A DNA stretch of 64,000 nt from Nitrospinota bacterium (GCA_016212275.1 JACRGR010000017.1:25316-89315); one strand, 5' to 3'; numbered from the stretch's first letter, positions 1-9,542 are shown. The notes: generated from the sequence alone by a model not told the origin. A program made the numbers and translations.

Positions 1-970
1 GCTCGCGTTGCTCCTGCCGGAAGAACGCGCGCTGGTGAAAGGAATCATCGTCAACCGCTTCCGGGGCGATCTTTCGCTATTTAAGGACGGCGTGGACTTC
101 ATCGAGCAACAGTCGGGCATTCCGGTGCTGGGGGTTATCCCGTCATTTTCGGACATCGTGATAGATTCCGAGGACAGCGTTTTGTTGGACGCGCTGGTGA
201 ACCCGCCTATGATCGTTGAAGAGGGAAAAACCGCCGTCGCCGTCATCCGCCTGCCGCACATCTCCAACTTTACCGATTTCGCGCCGCTGGTGCGCGAGCC
301 TTCCGTGCGCCTCTCGTACCTTTCGCGCCCGCGCCCCCTGGACGGGGTGGACCTGCTCATCCTGCCGGGAAGCAAGAATACCATCGCGGACCTAATGTGG
401 CTCCGCGAAACCGGATGGGAACCGCTTATCCGCGAATTTGCGTCAAAGGGCGGAAAAGTGGGCGGCATCTGCGGCGGATATCAGATGCTCGGCATGGTGG
501 TGGATGATCCGCATGGGATGGAAGGGGAAGCGGGAAGAAGTGCCGACGGCCTCGGCCTACTGCATGTGAAAACCGTGCTAGGTAAGAAAAAGCGGCTAGC
601 CCGCGCCACGGCGCTTTGGAACGAAGGGAAGGAAGAGATCACGGGGTACGAGATCCACATGGGAATAACCGAGGGGAATGCCAGGCCGTTCGCCATTATC
701 ACCGAAAATGGGAAACCGCATCACGATGGCGCGGTTTCCGATGATGGCCGGGTGTGGGGAACGTACCTTCACGGATTGTTCGACGAGCCGGAATTCCGAA
801 AGGCATTTTTGGCAACACTGGGAAAGGCGGTGTTGAATGGCGATGCCCATTCGCGCATCGCCTTCAAGGAACGGCAATACGACCTGTTGGCGGCGTACTT
901 CAAGCAACATCTGAACATGGAAAAACTTATCGCGCTTGCCGGCATTGAAAACCAGACTGTTACGGGGTGA
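1..970 (+). CDS. cobQ: Cobyric acid synthase, C-terminal glutamine amidotransferase part (5' end lies outside the window)
   Basis: The translation matches the CobQ/CbiP C-terminal GATase-like region (…GICGGYQMLG…) and the ORF runs in from the window edge. Confidence 0.75.
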   Translation, partial: LALLLPEERALVKGIIVNRFRGDLSLFKDGVDFIEQQSGIPVLGVIPSFSDIVIDSEDSVLLDALVNPPMIVEEGKTAVAVIRLPHISNFTDFAPLVREPSVRLSYLSRPRPLDGVDLLILPGSKNTIADLMWLRETGWEPLIREFASKGGKVGGICGGYQMLGMVVDDPHGMEGEAGRSADGLGLLHVKTVLGKKKRLARATALWNEGKEEITGYEIHMGITEGNARPFAIITENGKPHHDGAVSDDGRVWGTYLHGLFDEPEFRKAFLATLGKAVLNGDAHSRIAFKERQYDLLAAYFKQHLNMEKLIALAGIENQTVTG

Positions 971-1506
971 ATATGCGAGAAGAGGTTAAAGGGTTAACGG
1001 TTATTTTCACCGGCAACGGCAAGGGGAAAACCTCCGCCGCGCTGGGAGCGGTCATGCGCGCGCTGGGGCACGGCTGGAAGTGCAAGGTGATCCAGTTCAT
1101 CAAGGCGAACAGGGAAACCGGCGAGATTCTTCTGCTCAAAAAACTCGCGCCGGAACTGGGGATCGAACAGTTCGGCATGGGGTTTACCTGGCTGAAGGAT
1201 CACTCTCCCGAAGAACACCGTGAGGCCGCGCAAGCCGGGTTCAATGCGGCTTTGGCCGACATTCGATCCGGCAAGTACGGATTGATGGTACTGGACGAGA
1301 TTCTGTACGCATTGGGAAAGGGATTGGTATCGCTGGCCGACGTGCAGGAGGCCATCCGCCAAAAACCGTCCCACATGCATCTGATACTCACCGGGCGCGG
1401 CGCGCCGCAAGAGCTGATCGAGATGGCCGACATGGTAACAAGCATGGAGCCGGTAAAGCACCCGATGGAAAAAGGGATACCCGCCCAGCGGGGGCTGGAT
1501 TTTTAA
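967..1506 (+). CDS. cobO: Cob(I)yrinic acid a,c-diamide (corrinoid) adenosyltransferase
   Basis: The N-terminus carries the CobO/BtuR P-loop-like 'GNGKGKTSAALG'. The ORF is 179 aa and overlaps the cobQ stop by 4 nt. Confidence 0.8.
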   Translation: MNMREEVKGLTVIFTGNGKGKTSAALGAVMRALGHGWKCKVIQFIKANRETGEILLLKKLAPELGIEQFGMGFTWLKDHSPEEHREAAQAGFNAALADIRSGKYGLMVLDEILYALGKGLVSLADVQEAIRQKPSHMHLILTGRGAPQELIEMADMVTSMEPVKHPMEKGIPAQRGLDF

Positions 1507-1571
1507 CGTCATTGCCAAGCGGGTGCCGCATACGATAAGGTAGAGCGGTTTTCAGGGGAATCGGAAGGGGA

Positions 1572-3023
1572 ATGGAAGGCAAAATCCTTATCGTGGACGA
1601 TGCGCCGCTTATGCGGGAAATGCTCGCCGACGCGCTCGCGGAAAACGGCTATGCCGTCGAAATGGCCGAAAACGGCGAACAGGGGTTCGAGAAGTACAAA
1701 AGCGATCCCGGCATCGGCTTCATCATTTCGGACATGGAAATGCCGGTGCTCGACGGCATCGGCTTTATCAAAAAACTGCGCGGCGCCAACTACGAGGTTC
1801 CGATAGTGGTGCTCACCGGCAACAAGGAGGTAAACTCCGCCATGGCGGCTATCAACGCGGGGGCGGACGACTACCTATTAAAGGACGAAAACATCCAGGA
1901 AACCATCCTGATGCACACAAAAAAGGTGTTTGAAAAGCGCAAGATAATAGACCAGATCAAGAAACTGAATGAACAGCTGAAGGTCCGCAACCAGTTCATA
2001 AAAACAACCTTCGGGCGATATATGTCCGACGAGGTGGTGGAGAAGCTTCTGGAATCGCCCGACGGTCTGCGGTTGGGCGGTGAATCGCTTCTCGTAACCA
2101 TCGTGATGACCGACCTTCGCGGGTTTTCCGCCTTGTCCGAAAAGCTTTCGCCGGAAGCGGTGGTTGATATGCTCAACGGGTATCTGAAAGACATGACCGA
2201 TGTCGTCTTCAAGTATTCCGGCACCATTATCGAGATCATCGGCGACGCCATCATGATCCTTTTCGGCGCGCCCACCACGCGGCCCGACGACGCCGACCGC
2301 GCCTTGGCCTGCGCGCTGGAGATGCAGTTGGCGATGGCACAGGTGAACCGGCGGAACCGGGAACACGGGCTACCGGAACTGGAGATGGGAATCGGCGTCA
2401 ACACCGGGAAGGTGGTGGCGGGAAACGTGGGGTCCGACATGCGGGTGAAGTACGCCGTGGTGGGGAGCAACGTGAACCTGGCTGGCCGGGTGGAATCGTT
2501 CACCGTCGGCGAGCAGATACTCATCACCGAATCCACGCTGAAGGCCACGTCGCTGACGGCCAAGATCGGCGGAGAACTTCAGGTGCCGTTCAAAGGTCTG
2601 GAGAAACCGGTGACGGTGCATGAACTACTCGGCGTGAGCGGCAAATTCAATGTCGCCCTTCCTGAAGAGGAGCCGGTTTTTACCCAATTGAACGAAGGCG
2701 TACCGGTCAAGTTCGAGGTGCTGAATGGGAAGTTCTCAACCGGAGAGGTCCAAGAGGGCCGGATAACGCAACTTTCGGAAAAATGCGCCGTCTTGGGATC
2801 AACGGTCCCTGTGGCCGTTCATGCAAACCTGAAAATGACGATCAATGGCATCACAAAAAGCACCCATGAAGGGTTTACTTACGCCAAAGTGCGCCGGGGA
2901 ACCGATGCGGGAAGTGTTGTAATTCACTTCACCTTTGTCCCGCAAGCGGTAAGAAATCTATTCGATGTCATGCGGGGGTACCGTCAAATAAACCGGGGAG
3001 GGAAGCCGCCAACTGAATTGTAA
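1572..3023 (+). CDS. Response-regulator receiver + class III adenylate/guanylate cyclase, with an extra C-terminal ~125-aa domain of unknown function
   Basis: The N-terminus has a REC domain (LIVDDAP…SDMEMPVLDG). A cyclase homology domain follows (MTDLRGFSAL…IGDAIMILFGAP). The C-terminal tail is not recognisable. Confidence 0.75.
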   Translation: MEGKILIVDDAPLMREMLADALAENGYAVEMAENGEQGFEKYKSDPGIGFIISDMEMPVLDGIGFIKKLRGANYEVPIVVLTGNKEVNSAMAAINAGADDYLLKDENIQETILMHTKKVFEKRKIIDQIKKLNEQLKVRNQFIKTTFGRYMSDEVVEKLLESPDGLRLGGESLLVTIVMTDLRGFSALSEKLSPEAVVDMLNGYLKDMTDVVFKYSGTIIEIIGDAIMILFGAPTTRPDDADRALACALEMQLAMAQVNRRNREHGLPELEMGIGVNTGKVVAGNVGSDMRVKYAVVGSNVNLAGRVESFTVGEQILITESTLKATSLTAKIGGELQVPFKGLEKPVTVHELLGVSGKFNVALPEEEPVFTQLNEGVPVKFEVLNGKFSTGEVQEGRITQLSEKCAVLGSTVPVAVHANLKMTINGITKSTHEGFTYAKVRRGTDAGSVVIHFTFVPQAVRNLFDVMRGYRQINRGGKPPTEL

Positions 3024-3048
3024 CCGGAGAGGTCCCAGAGCGCGCTTT

Positions 3049-3077
3049 CTTGACTAGCCGCATTCGCAATCATATTT
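3049..3077 (+). promoter_or_regulatory. Candidate sigma70-like promoter (TTGACT-17 bp-TATTTT) upstream of the hybrid kinase gene
   Basis: Hexamers and spacing were read directly from the sequence about 70 bp upstream of the 3147 start. Confidence 0.25.
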
Positions 3078-3146
3078 TTTCCCGCTAAATACAATCATCT
3101 ATTCCTGCCACAAAGGGGTTACAATTTAGGTGGGTGGCAAAATGTT

Positions 3147-6100
3147 ATGAACCGTTCCAACTTCTTTTTGTCCTTGTTCTGTCTATTACTGACATTCTCT
3201 TATCCAGCCAACGCGCGACAGATAGACGTTCAATTGACCCAATCGGAACGGGCGTGGCTATATAAGCATCCGAATTTGAAACTGGGCACGGTTCCCGACT
3301 GGGCGCCTCTCTGCTTCCGCGGCAACAAGGGGGAGCTTTCCGGCATAGCGGGTGCCTACAAAAATCTGATCGAGAAGAAACTTTCCATCTCATTTTCACT
3401 TATTCCCGACGCCCCTTGGGACGAAGTACTCGATAACATAAAACACCGAAAAACGGATGTGGTAATGTTGTTGGGCCAAACACCCGCCCGCGACAACTAT
3501 ATGGTGTTTTCCGAGATTTTGCTGGAGCTTCCGTATGTCATCATCACCCGCACCGACGCGCCTCACGTTAGCGGCGTTTCACGGCTGGCGGGAAACCGGG
3601 TGTCGGTGCGCAACCGTTTTGTGTCGCACGAATGGCTCGCCGCGGAGCATCCGGAAATAGCGCTGTTCCCCAAGAAGAGCACCATCGAGGCGCTTCAAGC
3701 CGTAAGTTCCGGCGAGGTGGATGCGTACGTCGGCTCGTTGGCCGATGCAAGCCTTGCCACTTCGCAAGCGGGGCTGGCAAACCTGAAAATAGCGGCAAGC
3801 GCCGATTTTACCAACCGTCTGCGCATCGGCGTGCGGAAAGACTGGCCTGAACTTGTCCCCATTTTAAACAAGACCATCGCCACCATACCTGGAGCGGAGC
3901 ACCATGAGATATGGGACCGCTGGATACATCTAAAACAACCGGGTATTGATCCGCGGACGTTGTACGGCTTGGCCGTGGCATTTATCGTCGCCGCGTTCAT
4001 CGGCCTTGTTATCCATAATCTCCGATTGAGAAATGCCTATTCCGGGATCAATGAGAAGGTGCGGGAACGGACGAAGGACCTTGAAGGGCTGAACAGGGAA
4101 CTGAAGGAAAGCCAAGCCCGCTACCATGAGATATTCGAGCAGGTGACCGATTACATTCTGGTGCTGGATCCCGCGCAAGACCCTCCCGTTATCATTGATG
4201 CCAGTGAATCCGCCTTTCGGATACACGGCTACACGCGCGGGGAAATGGTGGGGCGCCCAATAACAATGATTGATGTGGAAGGCGCCAAAGTTCCAGGGAG
4301 GATGGATGAAATACTCTTGAAAAATCCGCTTCAATTCGAGGTGCTTCACCGCCGGAAGGACGGGAGCACCTTCCGCGCGGAAGTGCTGGCAAAGCTGATA
4401 AACGTCAGCGGTAAGCAATTGATGTACACCGTGGAGCACGACATCACGGAAAAAAAGAAGGCGGAAGTTATTTTGCAAAGCCGCGCCGATCTGTCGGACC
4501 TCGCGGTGAAGTCGTCGCTCGACCAGCTTATCCAATCCGCGCTCGACTTGGCGGAACGGCAGACATTCAGCCAAATCGGCTATTTCCATTTCGTGGATGA
4601 TGACCAAGAGAACCTGACCCTGCAAACCTGGTCCACCAATACTCTCCAGAACATGTGCAAGGCCGAAGGGAAGGGGATGCACTACCCCGTGAGCAAGGCA
4701 GGGGTTTGGGTGGACTGCTTTCACGCCAAGAAACCGGTCATCCATAACGACTATGCCGGCCTTCCCCATAAAAAAGGTCTGCCCGAAGGGCATGCGCCGG
4801 TCATCAGGGAGCTTGGCGTTCCGGTTTTGCAGGGTGACAAAGTGGTGGCGATCCTCGGCGTGGGCAATAAGGAAACCGACTACAACCAGGACGACGTTGA
4901 AGTGGCGTTTCAGATCGCCTCGATCCTGTTCGACCTGGTGGAACGGAAGCGGGCCGAAGAGGCGTTGGCGAAGGAGTCGGCCCGGTTGCATACATTACTG
5001 GAAACCGCCAGCGACGGCATCCATGTAATGGACGAGAAAGGGAATATCGTCCAATTCAGCCAATCCTTCGCTCAAATGTTGGGGTACAGCCGCGAAGAGA
5101 CCACACGGCTCAATATGGCGGATTGGGAAGCGCGGATACCGAGGGAGGAGCTACCCGAAAAAATTCAGGCCCTCATCCGGCGTCCCGCAACCTACGAAAC
5201 AAAACACCGGAGGAAGGACGGAACGGAATTCGACGTGGAAATTAACGCCACGGGAGTGGTGCTGGACGGGAAGACCTACCTTTATGCTTCTTCCCGCGAT
5301 ATAACCGAGCGAAAGCGGGGAGAGCGCTCCCTGCGAACGGCGAAGGAAACGGCCGAGAACGCCACCCAACTAAAGGACAAATTCGTTTCCCTTGTCGCGC
5401 ATGACTTGAAGTCGCCGCTCACGATCATGACAGGATTCCTGAAATTGATCCGCTTGAATTCGTCCGATACATTGAACGACAATCAGCGCCAGATATTGGA
5501 CCGGGCCATAGATGCCGGACGCCAAATGACCTCATTGATCGAAGATATATTGAGCCTGAGCAGACTGCGGACCGGCGCGGTCAAGCTGAACATGGAGTTT
5601 TTCGACGCCCGCCAGTTGGGAAAAAAGATCGCGGCGGACTACTATCACGCGGCGCGGGATAAGGGGATAGAACTGATGAGCGATATACCCGAACACAGCC
5701 GGATATATTCGGACAAAACGCTGTTCAGCGAAGTGATAAACAATTTCGTCACCAACGCGGTAAAGTTCTGCGGCAAGGGGGACCGGATCACGATCTCTAT
5801 GGCGACCAATGGGGGCGCCACCGTTTTTGTATCCGATACCGGACCGGGGATGGAACCCTCAATCGCCGAACGATTGCTTTCCCGCGAGGAAAGCGTTTCG
5901 GCCCGCGGCACCGCGGGGGAAACCGGGAGCGGTTTTGGACTGATGATCGCAAAGGAGGTTATCAAAACACTCGGTGGTGAATTCCTGATGGAATCAGCGG
6001 TTGGGAAAGGGAGCCGGTTCGGGGTGCGGGTTCCGGCCGTTCGTCCGCTGATCTTATTGGTGGACGACGATCCGGCGTTTCGGTTCCTGTTGATGCAATA

Positions 6101-6410
6101 CCTGAATATGATAGATGTGGCAATCGTTGAGGCGGATGATGGTGAAACGGCAATGAAGTTCATTTCCGAAAGTGAAAACATGCCCCATGTGGTCATCTCG
6201 GATATCGAAATGCCAAAAATATCCGGGTTGGAATTGCTTGCTTATATCCAGTCGCGACACGAAACAAGGGGAATCCCGGTCATTATCGTTTCAGGTAAAC
6301 ATGGAATGGAGATTCGGGATGAAGTGTATGGCTTGGGTGCCAAGGAGTACCTTACCAAGCTAATTGACCCCGATGATTTCATACCCCGCATGCGTCGCTA
6401 TATAAGCTGA
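3147..6410 (+). CDS. Hybrid sensor histidine kinase (periplasmic solute-binding-protein family 3 domain, TM, PAS-GAF-PAS, HisKA, HATPase, C-terminal REC)
   Basis: The N-terminus has a signal/TM segment. The H-box is 'LVAHDLKSPL', the G-box region is 'GSGFGLMIAKEV', and the terminal receiver is 'LLVDDDPAFR…DIEMPKISG'. Confidence 0.85.
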   Translation: MNRSNFFLSLFCLLLTFSYPANARQIDVQLTQSERAWLYKHPNLKLGTVPDWAPLCFRGNKGELSGIAGAYKNLIEKKLSISFSLIPDAPWDEVLDNIKHRKTDVVMLLGQTPARDNYMVFSEILLELPYVIITRTDAPHVSGVSRLAGNRVSVRNRFVSHEWLAAEHPEIALFPKKSTIEALQAVSSGEVDAYVGSLADASLATSQAGLANLKIAASADFTNRLRIGVRKDWPELVPILNKTIATIPGAEHHEIWDRWIHLKQPGIDPRTLYGLAVAFIVAAFIGLVIHNLRLRNAYSGINEKVRERTKDLEGLNRELKESQARYHEIFEQVTDYILVLDPAQDPPVIIDASESAFRIHGYTRGEMVGRPITMIDVEGAKVPGRMDEILLKNPLQFEVLHRRKDGSTFRAEVLAKLINVSGKQLMYTVEHDITEKKKAEVILQSRADLSDLAVKSSLDQLIQSALDLAERQTFSQIGYFHFVDDDQENLTLQTWSTNTLQNMCKAEGKGMHYPVSKAGVWVDCFHAKKPVIHNDYAGLPHKKGLPEGHAPVIRELGVPVLQGDKVVAILGVGNKETDYNQDDVEVAFQIASILFDLVERKRAEEALAKESARLHTLLETASDGIHVMDEKGNIVQFSQSFAQMLGYSREETTRLNMADWEARIPREELPEKIQALIRRPATYETKHRRKDGTEFDVEINATGVVLDGKTYLYASSRDITERKRGERSLRTAKETAENATQLKDKFVSLVAHDLKSPLTIMTGFLKLIRLNSSDTLNDNQRQILDRAIDAGRQMTSLIEDILSLSRLRTGAVKLNMEFFDARQLGKKIAADYYHAARDKGIELMSDIPEHSRIYSDKTLFSEVINNFVTNAVKFCGKGDRITISMATNGGATVFVSDTGPGMEPSIAERLLSREESVSARGTAGETGSGFGLMIAKEVIKTLGGEFLMESAVGKGSRFGVRVPAVRPLILLVDDDPAFRFLLMQYLNMIDVAIVEADDGETAMKFISESENMPHVVISDIEMPKISGLELLAYIQSRHETRGIPVIIVSGKHGMEIRDEVYGLGAKEYLTKLIDPDDFIPRMRRYIS

Positions 6411-6808
6411 TGGGGGCGGGAGAAAGGGGATGAATAAAGCTTCTCCTCAACCCGAACATGCACACCAAGACGCACCATATCGTACTTGACATAATATACC
6501 TTATCGGAAGTCGCGGGCGTGGCATTCGAAATTGATGGCGTGGCGGTAATCAGAAATATCGCGAAGACTGCTATCTTTGCCAGCTCCCTTAAGCGGCCTG
6601 TCCTTCTGTCTTTCAACCACGCTTGGGTTAGGCGGTCGTCTTTAATGCCCAAGGCTTTTTCAATGTCGGTTGCCATCTCGATTGAAACTTTTGTGCGGCC
6701 TGTTTCAATGGCGGAAATGTAAACGATTCGTTTATGGAGTAATGCCGCTAACTGTTCTTGAGTGAGTCCTTTTTCAAGACGGAATTTTCTCATGGTCTCT
6801 GCAAACAT
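6398..6808 (-). CDS. XRE-family helix-turn-helix regulator (putative prophage repressor)
   Basis: The N-terminal HTH is 'LTQEQLAALLHKRIVYISAIETG' and a hydrophobic segment follows. The ORF reads across the left prophage repeat into flanking DNA. Confidence 0.55.
   Translation of the reverse strand: MFAETMRKFRLEKGLTQEQLAALLHKRIVYISAIETGRTKVSIEMATDIEKALGIKDDRLTQAWLKDRRTGRLRELAKIAVFAIFLITATPSISNATPATSDKVYYVKYDMVRLGVHVRVEEKLYSSPFSRPHQLI
6491..6512. repeat. Left copy of the 22-bp direct repeat (putative attL; dif-like core CATAA-TATACC-TTATC)
   Basis: It is an exact match to 13828–13849. Confidence 0.7.
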
Positions 6809-6836
6809 AATAACCCCTTCTGTTGATGCAAATAAA

Positions 6837-7316
6837 TTACCTCAATAGAAAATGTTTATCAAGGGTTTTTGTTAAGCCCACTATTTCTTCCGTCGAAGGT
6901 GGCTTTCTGTATCTCTTGAATGGGATGTTGGCCGCTTCAATATAAGTTGTTTTCACTTCGTCCTTTTTCTTTTGTGATTTTGAATTGTGGCTTGAATCAT
7001 CTAATTCAATTGCGGCAAGGACTAGAAAGTCTTTATTGCATATTACGAAATCAATGCTTCTCTGGCTGATTTTGTTCATGTGTTTTTGGCGGTCTTTGGT
7101 TGATCCTATTTCGATTAACTGCTTTAGGTCCACTTGCGCCAGAATTATATGGTCTGGTAGCGTTTTCTTGAGCAACCAAAAGAATTCTTGTTCTCTTTTG
7201 CTTAGCGGGTTCTTTTTTATTACTTCCAGTTCCTGCATCTTTTCTTTGCTTGTGAACTTTTTGATGAGTAATGCAATCACGCTCATCACTACAAGTAAGA
7301 AAAATGCACCTTTCAT
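6837..7316 (-). CDS. DUF2726-like (restriction-endonuclease-like/NERD-related) protein with an N-terminal TM segment
   Basis: The motif pattern is QVDL…IDFVICNKD…ELDDSSH. The gene is AT-rich and sits between the repressor-like gene and the divergent phage promoter region. Confidence 0.45.
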   Translation of the reverse strand: MKGAFFLLVVMSVIALLIKKFTSKEKMQELEVIKKNPLSKREQEFFWLLKKTLPDHIILAQVDLKQLIEIGSTKDRQKHMNKISQRSIDFVICNKDFLVLAAIELDDSSHNSKSQKKKDEVKTTYIEAANIPFKRYRKPPSTEEIVGLTKTLDKHFLLR

Positions 7317-7448
7317 GGGTTTGATAATTACCTATTAATTCTCCGAAAAATAGTTACAAATTTTACTTGACTTCTAAAATATACAACTCTTAAAATACTG
7401 TTTAAGCAAATTAATTAACATGAAATACTTTGAAATATAGGGGTGGTT

Positions 7449-7643
7449 ATGGCTTCTGGATTTGATGCCGGTGCGGTTCGCATGATTGTTTTTTCTCTCC
7501 GTCACGAAATGCCTATTTGTGATTCTGGTGGCGGTACTTTCACCGATGGCTACCACAAGGCTTTGGATGAAGTCCTAGAGCTTTTCGATATTTTCCGTAA
7601 CTCTGAAAAAAGAAAGGAGGTGGTCACCCAGGTTGATTCCTGA
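7449..7643 (+). CDS. Small hypothetical protein (first + strand gene of the prophage)
   Basis: An AGGGGTGG RBS lies 4 nt before the ATG. The product is 65 aa with no recognisable domain. Confidence 0.25.
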   Translation: MASGFDAGAVRMIVFSLRHEMPICDSGGGTFTDGYHKALDEVLELFDIFRNSEKRKEVVTQVDS

Positions 7644-7763
7644 TGGGGTACTCCCTCCCATAAAGACAATACGGGGGTAGTGAGTTCTTGGCGGTTTTTG
7701 ATACTTGACAAGCCAGCGACCGGAATGAATATGAGGGCGCGGCGCAAAAAGAAAGGGGCGATT

Positions 7764-8081
7764 ATGGCCTTTAAGAAAATTCAGTTGTTGGGGTGCGGCC
7801 AAATTAAAACGCACAAGACGGGCGATTACGACGGCAAGGACGGCAAGAAGGTGAAAACCGTTGACGTGGCTTTCCTGTACGACCGGGACGGGATATGCTT
7901 CCTCAACGACTTTCAGATCAGCGACCGGAACTACAACCCCGGCACGAAGGGGCTTGCATTCGCTGAAATCGGGCCGGAGTTGGTTGGCACCTCCGTTCTG
8001 TTCGTGGCGGAGGTCTCCGAATACGGCAACCGCATACTGCGCCTTGAACGTATGCCTGTAAAGGCCTCTGGGAACGTCTGA
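7764..8081 (+). CDS. Possible ssDNA-binding protein (gene V-like)
   Basis: The product is about 105 aa. There is a strong RBS (AAAGGGGCG) and the gene lies immediately upstream of the Rep gene. The assignment rests on size, position and a weak resemblance to an OB-fold. Confidence 0.35.
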   Translation: MAFKKIQLLGCGQIKTHKTGDYDGKDGKKVKTVDVAFLYDRDGICFLNDFQISDRNYNPGTKGLAFAEIGPELVGTSVLFVAEVSEYGNRILRLERMPVKASGNV

Positions 8082-8083
8082 CA

Positions 8084-9397
8084 ATGAATCCGCGCGGCAC
8101 CCCTTCCCTTCTGTTGATACTCATAGGGGTACTGCGTTTAAACGCCGCTCAAGGCGGTTCTATGGGTGCCACCGCCGACTCCCGCGTCAGCGGGCTAGGC
8201 GGTGGCCCCATCCCCCCTTACCCCAGTAATACGGGGGGATGGAACGTAATTTATTACACTTACAGCAATAAAGGGGGGGTGATGGGTCTTCCGGTTGTCA
8301 TATCCGGAGGGTGGGACTTACAGGCTTTTACTGCGAATTGGGATATGCCTCTTTTCGATTCTGACCACTTCAATCTTCTCATTGACCGGTTACGCCGGGC
8401 AAAAGGAAAATATGAGGTTGTCGAGGTTGACGGTAATCAATTCCGGCTACCCGGTTATAAGCCCGGCGGTTATTATGCTTTTCTCAATGAGAATCTGAAT
8501 ATCTGGATTAATCCTTCTTTGAATCCTACCCTCAAAGCTCAAATACATTCCGTTGGGGTGCATCGCTACGGTGTTGATGTTTTACAAGATATTGTTCGCG
8601 GCGTTGTGCGGTTTTTTGGTGGTGTCCCGGAAGGTGATTTCAAATTATTCCGGCAAGACTTTTTTGTTGACCTTCATGTTGATGAAATATCTGTAAAACC
8701 TGAAAACGTCCTTTCTCGCGCAAAAAAAATCCGGGTTGTTCACGATCCGTTATTGAGGGTTGAAACTCTCGGCGTTGGCACTCGCGGGAAGGAAACTGTC
8801 TTTTGCCGCATGTATGACAAGCGCAAGGAGATGGAAGAAACAAAAAAATACTGGTATCAGGCGATTCTTGATGAAAAGCCGTTATATGAAAAAGAACGTC
8901 CTGTTTGGAGGGTAGAGTTTGAAATCGGCGGTCTATACCTGCGCCAACTCGATTTGAGAGGTTGGGAAAAACTTAAAGAGCAGGAAGGGCATTTGCTTGA
9001 CCACTTATTTCATAAAACAGTTCGTCTTGTGCATCCAAATTTCGATGATAGCAACAAATCTAAAAATCCCCTTCTTCCTGAATGGCAAGTAATTCAAAAA
9101 TGGATTGCTGAACAATATCCCGGGTGGTCTTTCATTCTCCAGCGTGGCGCGAAGGTTCGTACTCTTGAACAGTTGAAAAAATCCAAGCAAGAACAGCTTA
9201 TAGATGCCATTCTCGCATATCGCGCTGTCCGTCAACTTCTTGGTGATGAAGAAAAACATATTCAAGGTTCCATTGAAAGTCTGTCGTATATGACCCGGAT
9301 TCCTTTTGGCTATGAGCGGTTGGAAAAAAAGAAATCTCGTTTGTTGGTTGTGGACAAACTGAAAAATGATGGCTGTTCTGATGAGGTTGGCGAATGA
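8084..9397 (+). CDS. Rolling-circle replication initiation protein (Rep_trans / filamentous-phage gpII/RstA-like)
   Basis: The protein is 437 aa and contains a '…CRMYDKRKE…' motif like the YxK active-site region of the Rep_trans family. Its position matches that family. Confidence 0.5.
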   Translation: MNPRGTPSLLLILIGVLRLNAAQGGSMGATADSRVSGLGGGPIPPYPSNTGGWNVIYYTYSNKGGVMGLPVVISGGWDLQAFTANWDMPLFDSDHFNLLIDRLRRAKGKYEVVEVDGNQFRLPGYKPGGYYAFLNENLNIWINPSLNPTLKAQIHSVGVHRYGVDVLQDIVRGVVRFFGGVPEGDFKLFRQDFFVDLHVDEISVKPENVLSRAKKIRVVHDPLLRVETLGVGTRGKETVFCRMYDKRKEMEETKKYWYQAILDEKPLYEKERPVWRVEFEIGGLYLRQLDLRGWEKLKEQEGHLLDHLFHKTVRLVHPNFDDSNKSKNPLLPEWQVIQKWIAEQYPGWSFILQRGAKVRTLEQLKKSKQEQLIDAILAYRAVRQLLGDEEKHIQGSIESLSYMTRIPFGYERLEKKKSRLLVVDKLKNDGCSDEVGE

Positions 9398-9515
9398 CAA
9401 CCGCGCAAATGTTGGACTTCATGACCGGCTGGGGTCTTTACATTACCATTTATTTTGCCGGTCTCGGTATATCTGCTGTCGTTAGCGTTCTACGTTCGGG
9501 CGAAATGTCCGAATG
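9393..9515 (+). CDS. Small hydrophobic protein (40 aa), candidate minor coat protein (pVII/pIX-like); absent from the ORF track
   Basis: The ATG overlaps the Rep stop (AATGA). The product is MTTAQMLDFMTGWGLYITIYFAGLGISAVVSVLRSGEMSE and lies immediately upstream of the major coat gene. Confidence 0.3.
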
Positions 9516-9542
9516 AATTCAAAAATGAAAGGAGGTGATTTC

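Noticed and set aside
3930-4991. A 353-aa minus-strand ORF inside the hybrid kinase gene
   Set aside because: It is antisense to a confidently assigned gene and has no start context or domain.
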